Below, one piece after another: positions 12,540 to 26,300 of a DNA stretch of 64,000 nt. Origin of the DNA: Azolla caroliniana (Eukaryota > Plantae > Polypodiophyta); NCBI GenBank assembly GCA_043228905.1, contig JBHGNT010000006.1:22134001-22198000 (forward strand). The letters run 5' to 3'. The translations under genes and the position numbers were made by a program. Every line of letters begins with the position of its first letter. Position 1 is the stretch's first letter. The notes beneath the pieces were generated by a model. That model saw nothing but the letters and a program-made list of their open reading frames with translations, was not told the origin of the DNA and searched no databases.

Positions 12540-15500
12540 TTGTTTTTGTTGTTGCGCTCTCTATTGGCAATGGAATTGGGAACAAAGGCAAGCATTAGAA
12601 AGACCTTGATAAGAGTTTCGTAACGAGATATAACAAGTTAAATTTGGTGGTCTGCACAAGAAGCAACAATAGAAATAAGGAATCTTGTGTTGTCGGTATC
12701 CACATACTCAACACACTTTGCGGGTCTTCTATTGTCTTCATCATCTTCGACCTCTTCAATCGGGTGAGTTTCGGTTGTCTCTATTCATGGAAAATTGTTT
12801 TTATCCCGGATTGAAATCACATCAAGAATAATGGATATAAACATGAATTCCTCACAAATTGTGGGGGACGTCGATATGGAAACAATTGATCCAAAAAAGA
12901 GTAATGTGATGGTTGAATGTAATCGTGAAAGGGAAGACATTGGAAGCTCTAAGAGGTTTAAGGGTATTGAGAAAATTAATGAGAAAAATTTGGCATATGC
13001 CGAAGTAATACATGTAGATGTGTTTGACAAGGATCATTGTAATTTGGATAATTTATGGGGAATTGCCAATACCTTGTTGCCTGATATTATGGAGGAAAAT
13101 GAAAATGAAATGAAAGAATGCATTGATGAGGATGTGCATGATGTGGAAGTTGATGCTAAGGCAATATTGCAATCTTTTGATGTATTCTATGATCGTGCAG
13201 TTCTATTATTTTTTAGCGGGAAACTCCCATACATTAATTGGATTAAACAATGGTTGAACATAGTCGTGTCACCAAATTGTGTTGAAAATATATATGTAGG
13301 ACCATGAGGGGTTTATGATGTAGTATTTCGTTCTCAAGAACATCAAAGTGCATTGTTGGCTAAAGTTGTTGTGTTTTTTGATGTAATGCAATGGTCCCCC
13401 ATAGTGGACTATCATGCTTTGTTAAAACAAGAATGCCATGTTTGGGTAACATTGGATTGTAAGCATGCTTTTTTATGGCCACTTTTACCAGAGTTGATGA
13501 GTCAAATGGGTAAAGTGTTGGTATCTCCACATACAAATGCTACAAAGAAGTGCATATTTTGTGTGTTATGGGATCATACAAATTGTAAGAGGCCAAGATG
13601 GGTGTGTATGAACACACCTGGTATGAAAAGACTTTGTTTTAAATTGAAGTATGAGACATTTGCAGGTCTTTGTTTTGGATATGGTGAATGAGATCACTTT
13701 ATGGAGGAATGTCATCATCATTGTCCTTCAACTATAGAGGTTCCTAATGAAGGGAATGGTAAGGACGACGTTGGGAGAGATGTTGGTGTGTCAGATATTG
13801 TGGTTGTTATGGATGAAGGAACATCATCTAGAGCATGTTATAAAGAGGTCTCACTTCAAGGTTTGGGCCCTAAGAATAAGGGAACTCAATCTATGGATAT
13901 GGAAAAACAAAGTTTAATCGTTATAGATTAGGAGAAAAAACCATTGGATAGAGCTAGTAGTGATGTGGTTGTTGACAAAGATTGGCATCAGGTCAACGAC
14001 AAGTCGAAAGGGAAATCAAAGAATATGCTATGTAATAGTTTGCCCATTACTCATGAGACTACTTGGCAACATAATTCAGGAACTAGGGAGGGTCCTCGAA
14101 AAGTTCCTTGGCAACAACAATTTAGGGATAAGGGATTACCCCTTTCATCGAATTCTCGAGGTTATTGTCAAGCGAGAGGACCTAAACAAAAGATTTCGAT
14201 AGAAAACCCTAAGGATGTGGTGCATGAGAATCCATATGCAGCATTGGAACATGCTTCGACTAGTTTCATGACATCGATTGCTCTAAAGGAGCAAGTGCAC
14301 CCATGATATTATATTACTTGCCATTGTTGCCATGGACAAATAAGGCTTTACATTCTGTTTTGCAACTTCTTTGATATTTGTTGTGGAATAAGAGAGATAA
14401 GATGGGAATCACTTGGGTTGCATGGAATCATCTAGCAACTCCTAAGCGCTTGGGGGGAGCTGTAATACTTAACTTATCTATGCATATGATGGCTCGTAAA
14501 TTTTCATTATTATAGACATGTGCTCAAACTCACAACTGTGGATATTTATTGTTCAATTTTTCATCGAGAACAAGGGTTTAATACATGGGAGGACAATGAT
14601 TAAGGCTTCATGGTGGCAATTACTAAATGGATGTATTTCACTTAGGATTTCAGGCTCTTCATGTGTTCAACACTTGGTTACCTCATGGCAAGAAACACTC
14701 TTGTTATGTGTATGGAAACCATAATCTAGTAGAGAGCAATGTAATTCTTTGCAAAAAGAGTTACTTACGTCTTCTCGGTTCTATGTTGGCCAAGAAAGGG
14801 TCAAATGTCGTCGTTACAAGTGACTACTAATCTTTTGTATCATTGTTATGTTGGGTCTCTTGGATAGTTATCATCTAAGGTTGAAGAAGAATGGAAAATA
14901 CACAAATCTGATCATGGGTGGTGGCAGATCTTACAACGTAGTTGGCATTTTAAATTGCCACTTGTAGCCATAGATTGACACATGTGTGATATTCGTGATA
15001 TTCTCCATGCGCAATATTCTCAATATTCGAGAATATGAAATGGCCCCAAGATTTATTTATTTATTTAAATAAATTTATTTCACCAAAAATAGAACAATTA
15101 CTCATTAATAGATTATACTTTCAAGAGAGTTTATAAAACTTATTTTAATTAATCAATTTTAAAAAACGAATATTTTTATATTTATTATACAAATATGATT
15201 AGTTTGAACGTTAAAGATATGATTGGTTTGAAGTACTATTTTTAATGTCAAAATAAAAATATCCATAAATTTTGAGGGAATAAAAAGTGAAAAATGAATG
15301 AGCCTTTATTTTATTTTATTTATTTATAAAAAATAAAACGAATACTTATAACTTATAAGTTATACATTTATTATAAAAAATTAGTAGTGTCAAATCCCCA
15401 AGTCCTCTTTTATTTATCTTAGGAAATTAAAAAAGACAGAGTTTTTTTTTAGTTAAACGAATACTTGACCACTCATTCGTATTCGTATTCGTTTGCATTC

Positions 15501-15650
15501 GAATGGGAAACCCGACGAATGTGAATATGTCAATCTATGTTTGTAGCAAACGTTTTCATTTGGAGAGATTTGATGGGAGGATTGCCTTTGGTATTAGCTC
15601 TAAAGCGTCGTGGACTAACAACGGGTAATTGCTTGAAACATTCGCTAATG
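12540..15650 (+). mobile_element. Degenerate L1-like LINE: ORF1 (DUF4283-like plus zinc-knuckle remnant) and internally deleted ORF2, interrupted by a hAT element
   Basis: ORF1 fragments 12795-14306 (DVMQWSP, LKYETFAGLCF.YG..DH...C). ORF2 pieces VAWNHL..PK..GG and KLPLVA|NVFIWR..GGLP rejoin across the 14969-15539 insertion. Confidence 0.7.
14969..15539. mobile_element. Non-autonomous hAT-type element (MITE-like), 571 bp
   Basis: Perfect 12-bp TIR CATAGATTGACA...TGTCAATCTATG; 8-bp TSD cttgtagc/tttgtagc (7/8 match); subterminal ATTCG repeats. Excision restores the LINE reading frame. Confidence 0.88.
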
Positions 15651-15684
15651 CGAAATGCACGTATGGTTCATACTATGTTTTCAT

Positions 15685-16316
15685 TAGTAATGGGCCCGAT
15701 TCGGTTCGGTTTCTTGGCCTTGAAACCAAACCAAACCATTTATTAATAATATAAACCGAACCAAACTGTTTTAAAATTTATGAAGCCATTTAAACCAAAC
15801 CGTTTAGAGCCGAACCATCAAACCAAACCGTTTACAAAAAATTTAAAACCAAACCAAACCAAACAATTTTTTATTGATATTAATCATTATACTTATTATA
15901 AATTTGTGTGAGAAAATCATCATAAATTTTGTCATCATACTTATCATAAATTTTGTCATCATACTTATCATAAATTTGATCATCATACTTATCATAATTG
16001 ATTATCATAAATGAAAATGAGACTCTACATATAATACATATAAAATTTAATAAGTTAAAATAAGAGTTTAAAATTAAAAGTTGAAAGTTAGAGCCTATAG
16101 AAAATATTTATGAGTATTTTTTAACCTATAAACCTTTAAACCGAACCACATAAATAGAAACCGATAAGCCGATAAACCGGTCAATTTAAAACCGAACTGA
16201 ACCGAAACCGATTAGTAACATTTGAAACCAAACCAAACCGTTTATTTATCTTTGAACCTATAAACCGTCAAGCCATGGTTTTTCGGTTCAGTTCGGTTTG
16301 ACCGGATCTATTACTA
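15685..16316. mobile_element. Non-autonomous hAT-type element, 632 bp
   Basis: Imperfect TIR TAGTAATGGGCCCG...CGGATCTATTACTA; 8-bp TSD gttttcat/gttttcac; subterminal AAACCG/CGGTTC repeats; internal ~24-bp tandem repeat (atcatacttatcataaattttgtc). Confidence 0.85.
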
Positions 16317-16870
16317 GTTTTCACCCCACAAAAGGAAGAGTAGAGAGGCAGGGGAAGGGCGTGTATATGTATTGTGGGCAAATTTATTTATTTATTAACA
16401 GAAATTGAGAATAAAATCGATGGTGTTAGTTTTTTCAGGGCATGGATGATCATCTGTGTCTCATGGCGCTCTGCAATCGTTGAGACAGATTCTTCCCTTC
16501 CCACAAGAAAAAAAAGAACAAAAAAGAAAAGAAAAAACAAGCAGAGGATCTCTACTTTCACGCACGGATACGGATATAGATATGGATATGGATACAGACA
16601 GAAACGAAATGGCTTTTTAGTATTTCTTGGTTTTTTCCCTTCTTTTGTCGAAGAAGAAGCATCGTGATTTCGGTGCCCCTCGTTCTATATTGTAGTTCTT
16701 CCCCCCTCAGATCAGATCATCTTCCTCACATATTATAACTATAAGCATTCACACGAGAAGCTTTGAATGTCTTGATTCCATTCCATCTCACAGGTAATTT
16801 CTGCTCTTCATTTTCACCTTTTGATCTTGCAGTTTTAATATTTTGCTCATTTGGGGCGTTAGCATTCAAT

Positions 16871-16984
16871 TTAGTGAGGGTCTTAAGTTTTAAATTTTAA
16901 GTTTTAGGTTAGTGAGGGTCTTAAGTTTTAAATTTTAAGTTTTAGGTTAGCGAGGGTCTTAAGTTTTAAATTTTAAGTTTTAGG
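16871..16984. repeat. 38-bp tandem repeat x3 in the probable 5'UTR intron of the kinesin gene
   Basis: Unit ttagtgagggtcttaagttttaaattttaagttttagg at 16871, 16909 and 16947, followed by telomere-like tttagggtttag. Confidence 0.9.
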
Positions 16985-17370
16985 GTTTAGTGTTTACATG
17001 TTTATATGAAGGTAGTACAAGAGGTCGTAGTTCGTTTATGAGACAATTCAGAAGTACAAGAATTAATGTACATTCAAACTTTACCAAATTCGTTGAAGGT
17101 CTAGGAATCGTTCACTGATTCTCTAATCTGGGCTTATGAGATTAGGGCATCACCTTTTTGACCAATCTTATAGATATTTTCTTATTGTGTGATAATAATC
17201 ACAGGCATAATACTAGATGCTAGATTGTAAAATGGAAGTATAATCGAGCTGCAACATGATTATAGTGCATCAATTTGAAGTAGCTTACGAACATAATAGC
17301 ACACAGGTGATCATTAACATTCTTTATTTTTTATCAGGTTTTATGGAAGTTTGATTCATTAGAAAATGAT

Positions 17371-20300
17371 ATGGGTCAGTATCGAATTGGAACCTACTTA
17401 AGGTTGAAGCCATCATCCAGGGCGTCACCTGCATTACATGTTGATGTAACAAACTCAAAAATTCGAGTGGATTTAAGACATGCTAGTGGAGGCCCTCCAA
17501 GAAATCATGGAGATCAGATGATTTTTCATTTTGACGGTATTCTGCAGGTAGGTTTCTGAGTTATATGTCACCAATTGTTTTTTGACACTCATTGCAACAA
17601 TTACAATAATCATTGTCTTCACTAGTAAAATAAAAAAACATATGGCTCTATGGATTGAGATTCAAGAAGCATTGTATGGAACTATCTTATGCAGAATGCA
17701 AGTCAAGAGGCGTGCTTCAATTCTTGTGCTTTGAAGATAGTAGATGATGTCTTGTGTGGATATAATGGAACAGTCTTGGCATATGGCCAGTCTGGATCTG
17801 GGAAAACATTTACAATGTCTGGAGATCCTAAGGTCAGTCTGTTTTAAAATTCCATACAAAGTTTGACTTAAGAAACTCTTGTAATTTTCAGTTCTAAATT
17901 TACGGTTTTGTGACTATTCAATTTAGATCTCTTTACACAAAGGAATCATTCCTAGAGCAATACATCACATATTTTTGGAGAAGTTATCCAATCCAGATTC
18001 TGAAACTTCCATACATGTATCTTATCTAGAAGTTTACAATGAGGTATCAATCTTCTTTTCACTTATTACAAATGTTGTTACGAAGCTGCCTTGCAAACTT
18101 TTGAAAAATCTGGATTTAGAAACTATGAAGTAGGTTTTAACCTCATTGTAAATATTCTGATGCTGGAAGCCTGAGAACCAAATGATCTATTTTTCCTCCT
18201 GGGGAAGGACATGCTTGTATTTAGAAGAGATGAAACAATTATGTGAAACCTGATATCAATATGATCAATGAAATCTAGAAAGCTTGGAATATGACAAATA
18301 AAAAAGGAAAATAAAATAATAGAACTTCATACCTTGGTTTAATCAACATTCTTAGAGCTTCTCATCAACTTGCATCCGTTATCTAGACTCTAGACTCTCT
18401 GTGAAACAGTCGTCATGTAACATATGTCGTCATGTCTGGTGTCCTTATCTTTGGATATTATGGCTTTAGAAAATAATGTGAAGTGCAATAGAAAACATGA
18501 TACAAAGACATCTCATTCTATTTCAAAGCTCATTTATCTCACACCATACAAGAAGTGTTGGTTAAGAATGAAAGGGAATCTCTCTCCATTTCACCCAAAG
18601 GAAACCAAAAAATGGAATAAAGATGTTTTCATTAACTAAAAGCATTGAACTAAATCGAAGTCTTTGTTGAACAACACTATAAACATCCTCAGAGAACTAT
18701 ACTAGAGATACAGACAGGAGAAGCTGCAGGATAGAAAATCATTGAATATGGAATCAATGTTAGTAAATAAAAAGGTAAAATAGGATTCCAGGAGTGCTCT
18801 TGGTAGCATTATGGCACAGAGGATTAGCAACTTGTTAATATTCTAGTGCATTTCTTTAGAGAGGTTAAGAGAGACCTTAAAATTGTGATCATCACAGAAA
18901 TTTTGCTGGATTAATTGCATTGGGATGGTTTTAGAGACCGCTTTCAATGGGTGCAAAGAGAAACCATGAGGTCTTGTGCAATCTAGAGCATCTATTGACT
19001 TTTACAAAGACAGAGACAGGGAGGTTCAGATGAAGCCATAGATGCAAGTGTTGGTAGGTTTACTGTGTTAAATTTGTTGGAGGGTGGCAGCTCCAGCCCT
19101 GCACTCTCTTTCATATTTATTATCTTTGTACTACATTCTCTCTTTTCTCAGATTCTTCTCTCTCTAGAATCTGCAACTCTTTAAATGCCTTCTCTCTCTA
19201 GAATCTGCAATGCTTTAAATGCCTTTTCTCTCTTCTACCTTTTCCAAGATATTCCTAGTTTTTTGTACCTGTTTGGTAGTACAAGAGTCACTTAACTACC
19301 AAACAACCATTTCACCCACATTCCCCAATTTTGTATAAATAGGCTATACCAGCCTCTTTTGTATAAGTTTTCATTTTCTTTTTTGCTACTTAAAACAAGC
19401 TCTATTCCTTGGCTGTGTCTCTACTCTTTGCAACCATTTTTTCTATTGCTGTCTAACAGCCTTCTCACAGCTTGGCTGTGCCTATTTTGTTTTAAGACTT
19501 CCGTTGCTGCTATTAACAGCTTTTCTCACATGGTATCAGAGCAGTGAGGTCTCCATATCCTCAGCCTGATTTTTTTTTGCCAAAGAGCACACAGACCTAT
19601 CTTCTTTTATCCCTCCCTCCCAACCCTACAGAGGAGGCTCTTCTGTTTTCTTTTCCCCTTATCTGAGCCTCACCTAGCATCTAGGGAGAAGTAGAAAGAC
19701 CCTGAGTATCTACTTACAACTGCTGTAAATTGTCCAGCTGTAGCTCAAGAGGAGGATATCCATGGCCTCACATGCCACCATTGTTTCATCAACCATTCCC
19801 CAACTCCCCAAAGAATCCATCTTGGATGGGAACAATTACTTGGATTGGGAGCTACAAATAAAGACTTTGCTACAATACCATCATTTATGGAATGTAGTCA
19901 ATGGTAGTGACAAGAAACCACCAGTAACTTCATCCTCTTCAACCAAATCAGTTGCTGGCTCATCTAACGCTGAGATTGAAGCTTGGCTAGATAAGGATTC
20001 TCGTGCTCATGCTTTCCTCATGTTTGATATTAAACTGAGCATCGCTCGTCAATTTCAAGATAAAGATGACGAGACAGCCAATGAACTATGGACAGCCATC
20101 AAAAGGAGGTATCATCGAGCTAATCATGCTCAAATGATAGCTATTGAAAGCCAACTAGCAAATCTCAAGATTCATGACACTCCCAACATCATGGATCAAA
20201 TAACGGAATTTGTCACTCTCCAAAAGGAACTAGTTTCTTTGGGAAGCAAGTCCACTGAAGTTGAGTTTGTGCATCGTCTAATGATAAAGTTGCCTGAGTC

Positions 20301-23300
20301 ATTCTCGGCCTTTTGTGACACCATTTCTCTTCTTCCCAACACACCTGACATGAATACATTTCTTGATATGCTACAAGATAGGGCAACAAGGAAGAAAAGT
20401 GCTCAAACTTCCAATGAGACGCTTCTACATGCGACAAGTAAAGGCAAGTGGAAGCAAAATGGTAACTCCTACAACAAACCCAATCCAAGACCGCCAAACA
20501 ACCCAGCTTACAAGGAGCTCACTTGTCATTATTGTGGCTACAAAGGTCACATTCAGCCAGATTGTCGGAAAAAGAAAAGGGACAATGCTAAGAACTCTTC
20601 TTCTACCAGAAATCAACCTACACCGAAATCCAACTCGGCCCACTCAGCCAAAGAAACAGTTTTCCTTGGCATTGAGGAACATACTTCACATTTGGCTGGA
20701 CCAACTACTTCAACCATCGATGAGTGGTTAGTAGATAGTGGTGCCACTTCACACATGACCTATGACAAATCCATTTTGCATGATGTGAAGCCTAGCTCTT
20801 CCCAAATCTCTATAGGAGATGCCTCAAGCATTGAGGCTTCATGTGTGGGTAATGTGGTTCTTGACAATTCTTCAAGTGAAGAACCCGTCGTTCTTCAAGA
20901 TGTGCTACATGTGCCTCGCATCTCTACCAACCTACTTTCGGTTTACAAAATCACCAAGCAAGGTTATGGAGTCTACTTTGATAGCTCAGTTTTGGAAGTG
21001 ATTGACACCAACAGCCTACAAATTGTAGCTAGTGGCACACAAGAAGGGGGTTTATATCGCCTAAAAAGCTCCCATAGCCCCTTGGAAAACTCCAAATCTC
21101 ATCTTCTTCATCTTCTTCAAGGCTCTCATGCCTTGGTGGCACAAGAAGATCCCACGTTGTGGCATGCTAGGTTTGGTCATCTCAACTATGATTCTCTTCA
21201 AAAGCTCTCCTCCTCCCAACTAGTTGAGGGTTTTCCTATTTTCAAATCTCCCAATACCCCATGTGTTGCTTGTCTTCATGGCAAGCAACATCGAGAGCCT
21301 TTCCCTCATGAAGCCACTCACCGAGCAACATCTATCTTGGAGTTAGTGCACATGGATCTTTGTGGTCCCATGAAAACCACTACTCTTGGTGGTGCACGCT
21401 ACTTCATGCTTATAATTGATGACTTCTCCCACAAGGTTTGAGTTTATTTTCTTGTAGAAAAATCCCAAGCCTTCACAAAATTTCAAGAATGGGTAGCTCT
21501 CGTGGAGAACGAGACATCGAAGAAAGTTCGAAAGATCAGGTCGGACAATGGTGGAGAGTTTATCTCCAAAGCTTTCCACCATTTCTGCTCTCAACGAGGC
21601 ATTGCTCGCCAATTTTCTACACCCAATACTCCTCAACAAAATGGAGTCGTGGAAAGGAAGAACCGGACAGTCCAAGAGATGGCTCGTACGATGCTATCTC
21701 AATCTAATCTTCCTCTCTCGTTTTGGGGTGAAGCTGTCAACACAGCAGTCTACATCATCAACTGCTGCCCAACAAAAGCAGTTGCTAGAATGACGCCTGA
21801 AGAAGCATTTACAGGTGTAAAGCCCTCAGTATCTCATTTTAAAGTCTTTGGTTGTGATGCTTATGTTCACATTTCAGATCATAAAAGGACGAAATTTGAG
21901 TCCAAAACCAAGAAATGCAAATTTCTTGGTTACAGCACACAATCTAAAGCATACAAGTTATGGGATTTAGAGTCACAGTCCCTAGTCATATCTAGGGATG
22001 TTCATTTTGTGGAGTCTCAGCCGGATGACTCTAGGATTTTACCTGAGTTCATGGTTGAAATCCAAGCTCCTCCGGAATCTCCTATTTTAGACGAAGATGT
22101 CTCATCTTCAAGCCCCCCATCTCCTCCTACTCAATCTCTAACTTCGCCAACAATTCAAACCTCTCCCTCAACTCCACTTGTTTCCACTCCCTCTACAAAC
22201 CAGCTTCCACCACTTCCCAAGTGGCTTCAAGCCACCATTCGTGATTCTCATGTCTCCGATGCTGAACTTCATGAGTATACATCTGGTTCTCGAACACGTA
22301 AGTCACAACGGCCTCTTCACTCATGCAACTTTGCCTTATTGTGCACTGTTGTGCAATCAAAAGAACCCACAACAGCAAAAGAGGCCCTTGTTCTTCCAAA
22401 GTGGAAAGCAGCAATGGAAGTTGAACTTGATTCCATTGAGCGGAATCATACATGGGAGCTGGTCCCACGACCTCCACATCGACAAGTCATTGGATTGAAA
22501 TGGATTTTCAAGACCAAATACCATGTTGATGGTACTTTGGATAAGCACAAGGCACGTTTAGTGGCAAAAGGCTACTCACAAGTTGAAGGAGTGGATTATG
22601 AGGAAACTTTTGCTCCAACAGCAAGGTACACATCTATCCGATGTGCGCTTGCACTTGCTGCTCACAACAAATGGGCCATTTTTCAAATGGATGTCAAGTC
22701 AGCCTTCCTTAACGGTGACTTGAAAGAGGAGGTTTATGTTGAACAGCCTCCAGGTTTCGAGATTTTAGAGCAGAAAAACATGGTCTACAAGTTACACAAA
22801 GCCTTGTATGGCTTAAAGCAAGCTCCCAAAGCTTGGCATGACAAAATTGATAGCTTCTTTCTTTCTCTTGGGTTTCAAAACTGTAATGCTGACAGCAATC
22901 TCTATGTTTTTTCCCAAGATAATTTGCTTTGCTTGATCATATTATATGTTGACGACCTTCTAATTACAGGGTCCCTTGCATCTAAAATCGAGGAGGTCCG
23001 CACTGACCTCAAAACAACCTTTGAAATGACTGATCTAGGACTTCTCCATTATTTCATAGGTATGGAGGTCTATCAATCACATGGTGGTATCTTTCTCAGC
23101 CAACATAGGTATCTCAGGCAGCTCCTTGAGACCTATAGCATGACAAATTGCAAGCCACTCTCCTGTCCAATGGATCCAAACTCAAAGCTATCTCGTGAAG
23201 ACGATTCTCCCATATTTGAGGATATCACGAAATATAGGAGATTAATCGGGTCCCTTCTTCACTTAACTTATACCAGGCCTGATTTGTCCTATAGCGTGAG

Positions 23301-26300
23301 TATTCTCAGCCAATTCTCAACTGCTCCAAGACAAAGTCATTGGCAAGCAGCTATTCGAGTTCTTCGGTATTTGGCCAACACACTCGACTATGGTCTATCT
23401 TTTAGAGGCGGCATTGAGCTTGTTGGCTACTCAGATGCAGATTGGGCAGGTGATATTGATTCTAGAAGGTCCACATCTGGCTATTGTTTTATGTTAGGTT
23501 CAGGCTTGATTTCTTGGAAATCGAAGAAGCAAAACTCAGTTTCTACTTCATCGACGGAAGCTGAATATCGCGCCTACTTGGATACTTGTTGTGAGTTGCT
23601 ATGGTTGATGCAATTGTTTTCTCACATTGGTGTTTTGCAAGCCTCTCCTATTGCAGTTTTCACCGACAGCCAAAGTGCACGTGCCTTGGCAGATAGCTCA
23701 GCATTTCATGGTAGAACAAAACACATCGAAGTGCACTACCATTTTGTTCGTGACTTAGTGAAATCACAAGTCATCAACTTGGCATATTGCCCTACTCAAG
23801 AAAATGTGGCTGATTTATTTACTAAGCCACTTCCAAGGCAAGCCATTGATCAGCTCCTTGATCGACTCAATGTTGGACTGCCGTTCTGGAGCTGAGAGGA
23901 GGTGTTGGAGGGTGGCAGCTCCAGCCCTGCACTCTCTTTCATATTTATTATCTTTGTACTACATTCTCTCTTTTCTCAGATTCTTCTCTCTCTAGAATCT
24001 GCAACTCTTTAAATGCCTTCTCTCTCTAGAATCTGCAATGCTTTAAATGCCTTTTCTCTCTTCTACCTTTTCCAAGATATTCCTAGTTTTTTGTACCTGT
24101 TTGGTAGTACAAGAGTCACTTAACTACCAAACAACCATTTCACCCACATTCCCCAATTTTGTATAAATAGGCTATACCAGCCTCTTTTGTATAAGTTTTC
24201 ATTTTCTTTTTTGCTACTTAAAACAAGCTCTATTCCTTGGCTGTGTCTCTACTCTTTGCAACCATTTTTTCTATTGCTGTCTAACAGCCTTCTCACAGCT
24301 TGGTTGTGCCTATTTTGTTTTAAGTCTTCCGCTGCTGCTATTAACAGCTTTTCTCACAAAATTATTTTGTGTATAAGCATACACCAAGTAATTTTTTGGG
24401 ACATGGACATGGAAATGATGGACTCTCGAAGTCTTTTGAATGGTCTAGAAATAATATTGTCATGATTAGATTCTCTTGAATATTGTAGATGTGAAAGATT
24501 TTGGAATTCTATAGGTCTTGGTAACTCATTTATTTATATATGCTTGCATTTGTTCCCAAAATAGTTAACCTTAGTATATTTGATATTGATATAATCGAAT
24601 CACGAAGAAAATTCAGTACTTTTGGAGCGCATAATGGATACCAGGAGCTAGATTCTAGAAATTAAATAAAAATGGAGATTAATACCTCAGTTTGCGCCAT
24701 ATTTTATAACATGGTCAAACATTTCTTGAACTGTTGAATATTCAATTGAGCTTTGTTTCTACATAATTGTATTTGTTACTTTGTATAAATTATCTTAAAG
24801 GCTCTAGTACATAGTTTTTGGAAAGTCTTTTGTGTGCATGATGTTTGTTTGGATGTGACATTTCAAAATATACTTGGTAGGTTATTTACGACCTCTTGTC
24901 TGAAAGGAAGGATTCTTCTCGGATTGTAAATGTTATGGAAGATAATTCTTGCTTGGAGCTGAAAGGTCTTAGCCAGTTCCATTGTGAAAATGAAGAAGAC
25001 GCTATGAAGTATTTTTTACGTGGTGAGCGTCATCGCTGCATCAGTTCCAAGCTTATGAATAAGGTTTGAATCACCTGTTTACAGCCAAACTAGATAACTC
25101 TTCTTTAATAAGAGAAATGGTTTTGAAGAAGGCATCCTAATATGACAAACAATATGATTATGATATCTAATCATATGTTTGATCTCCAGACGTCTAATAG
25201 ATCCCATTGCATGTTCACTATCTATGTCGAGAGGAATATCAAAACAAGAAATTACCCTGATCGGATAGCCGCAAAGCTTAATCTCGTCGATTTAGCAGGT
25301 TGTGAACGCATGAAGTGTACAGATGCTATTAATCCATGTGAAAAAGATATATGTAGCATCAATAAATCGTTATCGTTTCTTGAACAGGTGATTTATCATA
25401 CACAAAATCCTGTCTCTGTTTGCATTTTATTGGGCTACTGAATGATTTTTCTTAAAATGCTTTATTAGGAAGTGAATTTACAATATATTGCTCTTGTTGT
25501 TTTGCACATTGTATTAGGCTGTTTCAGAACTCCGTAAAGGCCAAGGACATGTATCATTCCGTCAAAGTCGGCTTACTATGCTGCTAAAAGATGCTCTTGG
25601 TGGCAACAGCAGAACAATGTTCATTGTTTGTGCTCTACAAGAACATGACTATTTAGATGAAATGGTAATTGCTAATGCTTTAACTTAACCATGAAAAAGG
25701 ATAATACTATCAAAATGTATTATGTTTACCTGTCTTCCTACATTTCATCTTTCACATCAAATGAACTACGATAAAAATATGGTGGTGTTATGATCTAAAT
25801 GTCATAATTATGATATCCTAATTGGATCAAAACACTTAATGTTGATAGTACAAACATGTTATATAGAGGATGATTAGACATATGAGACCCCTCAGACATA
25901 GCCTCTTTATTTATTACTCATATATTCAGTAGTAGAATTACGAGATATTGATGGCTCAGATTAGAAATATACCACGGTGCAGTTCAGTTTCTTGCTGAAA
26001 ATGGATATCGGCATATGATTTCACAGATTCTCATCTTGTATGAAGTATGTCTACTGATTTCATTCATGTAGAGTTTTCATGGATCTTGATCTTGTGACAA
26101 GGACTTCTGGTTCCTTTGGTGATGTTTCCAAGATTTAGTTATTTTGCTGGAAATACAAGAAAATAGTGTGTATAAATAATGGTTTACTGACAGGGGATCA
26201 TTCACTGATATCCAGATCAGCACATTGAGGTTTTCAAAGCGCATCAAAGATCTTAAGACTAGTGCAGTGATCAATAAAGTTGTGGATTCTATACAAGCAG

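Larger units (their letters stand above)
19075..24358 (+). mobile_element. Full-length young Ty1/Copia LTR retrotransposon in the kinesin intron 18044-24880
   Basis: 456-bp LTRs (19075-19530 and 23903-24358) with TG...CA ends and 3 mismatches; 5-bp TSD AAATT; PBS TGGTATCAGAGC (tRNA-iMet); PPT gagaggagg. Confidence 0.97.

Noticed and set aside
19359-19547. Duplicated 62-92 aa hydrophobic ORFs (also 24187-24465)
   Set aside because: They are translations of the two LTRs.
21439-21441. Programmed stop read-through between two Copia ORFs
   Set aside because: The stop lies inside the integrase core at a conserved Trp; a TGG>TGA mutation is the simpler explanation.
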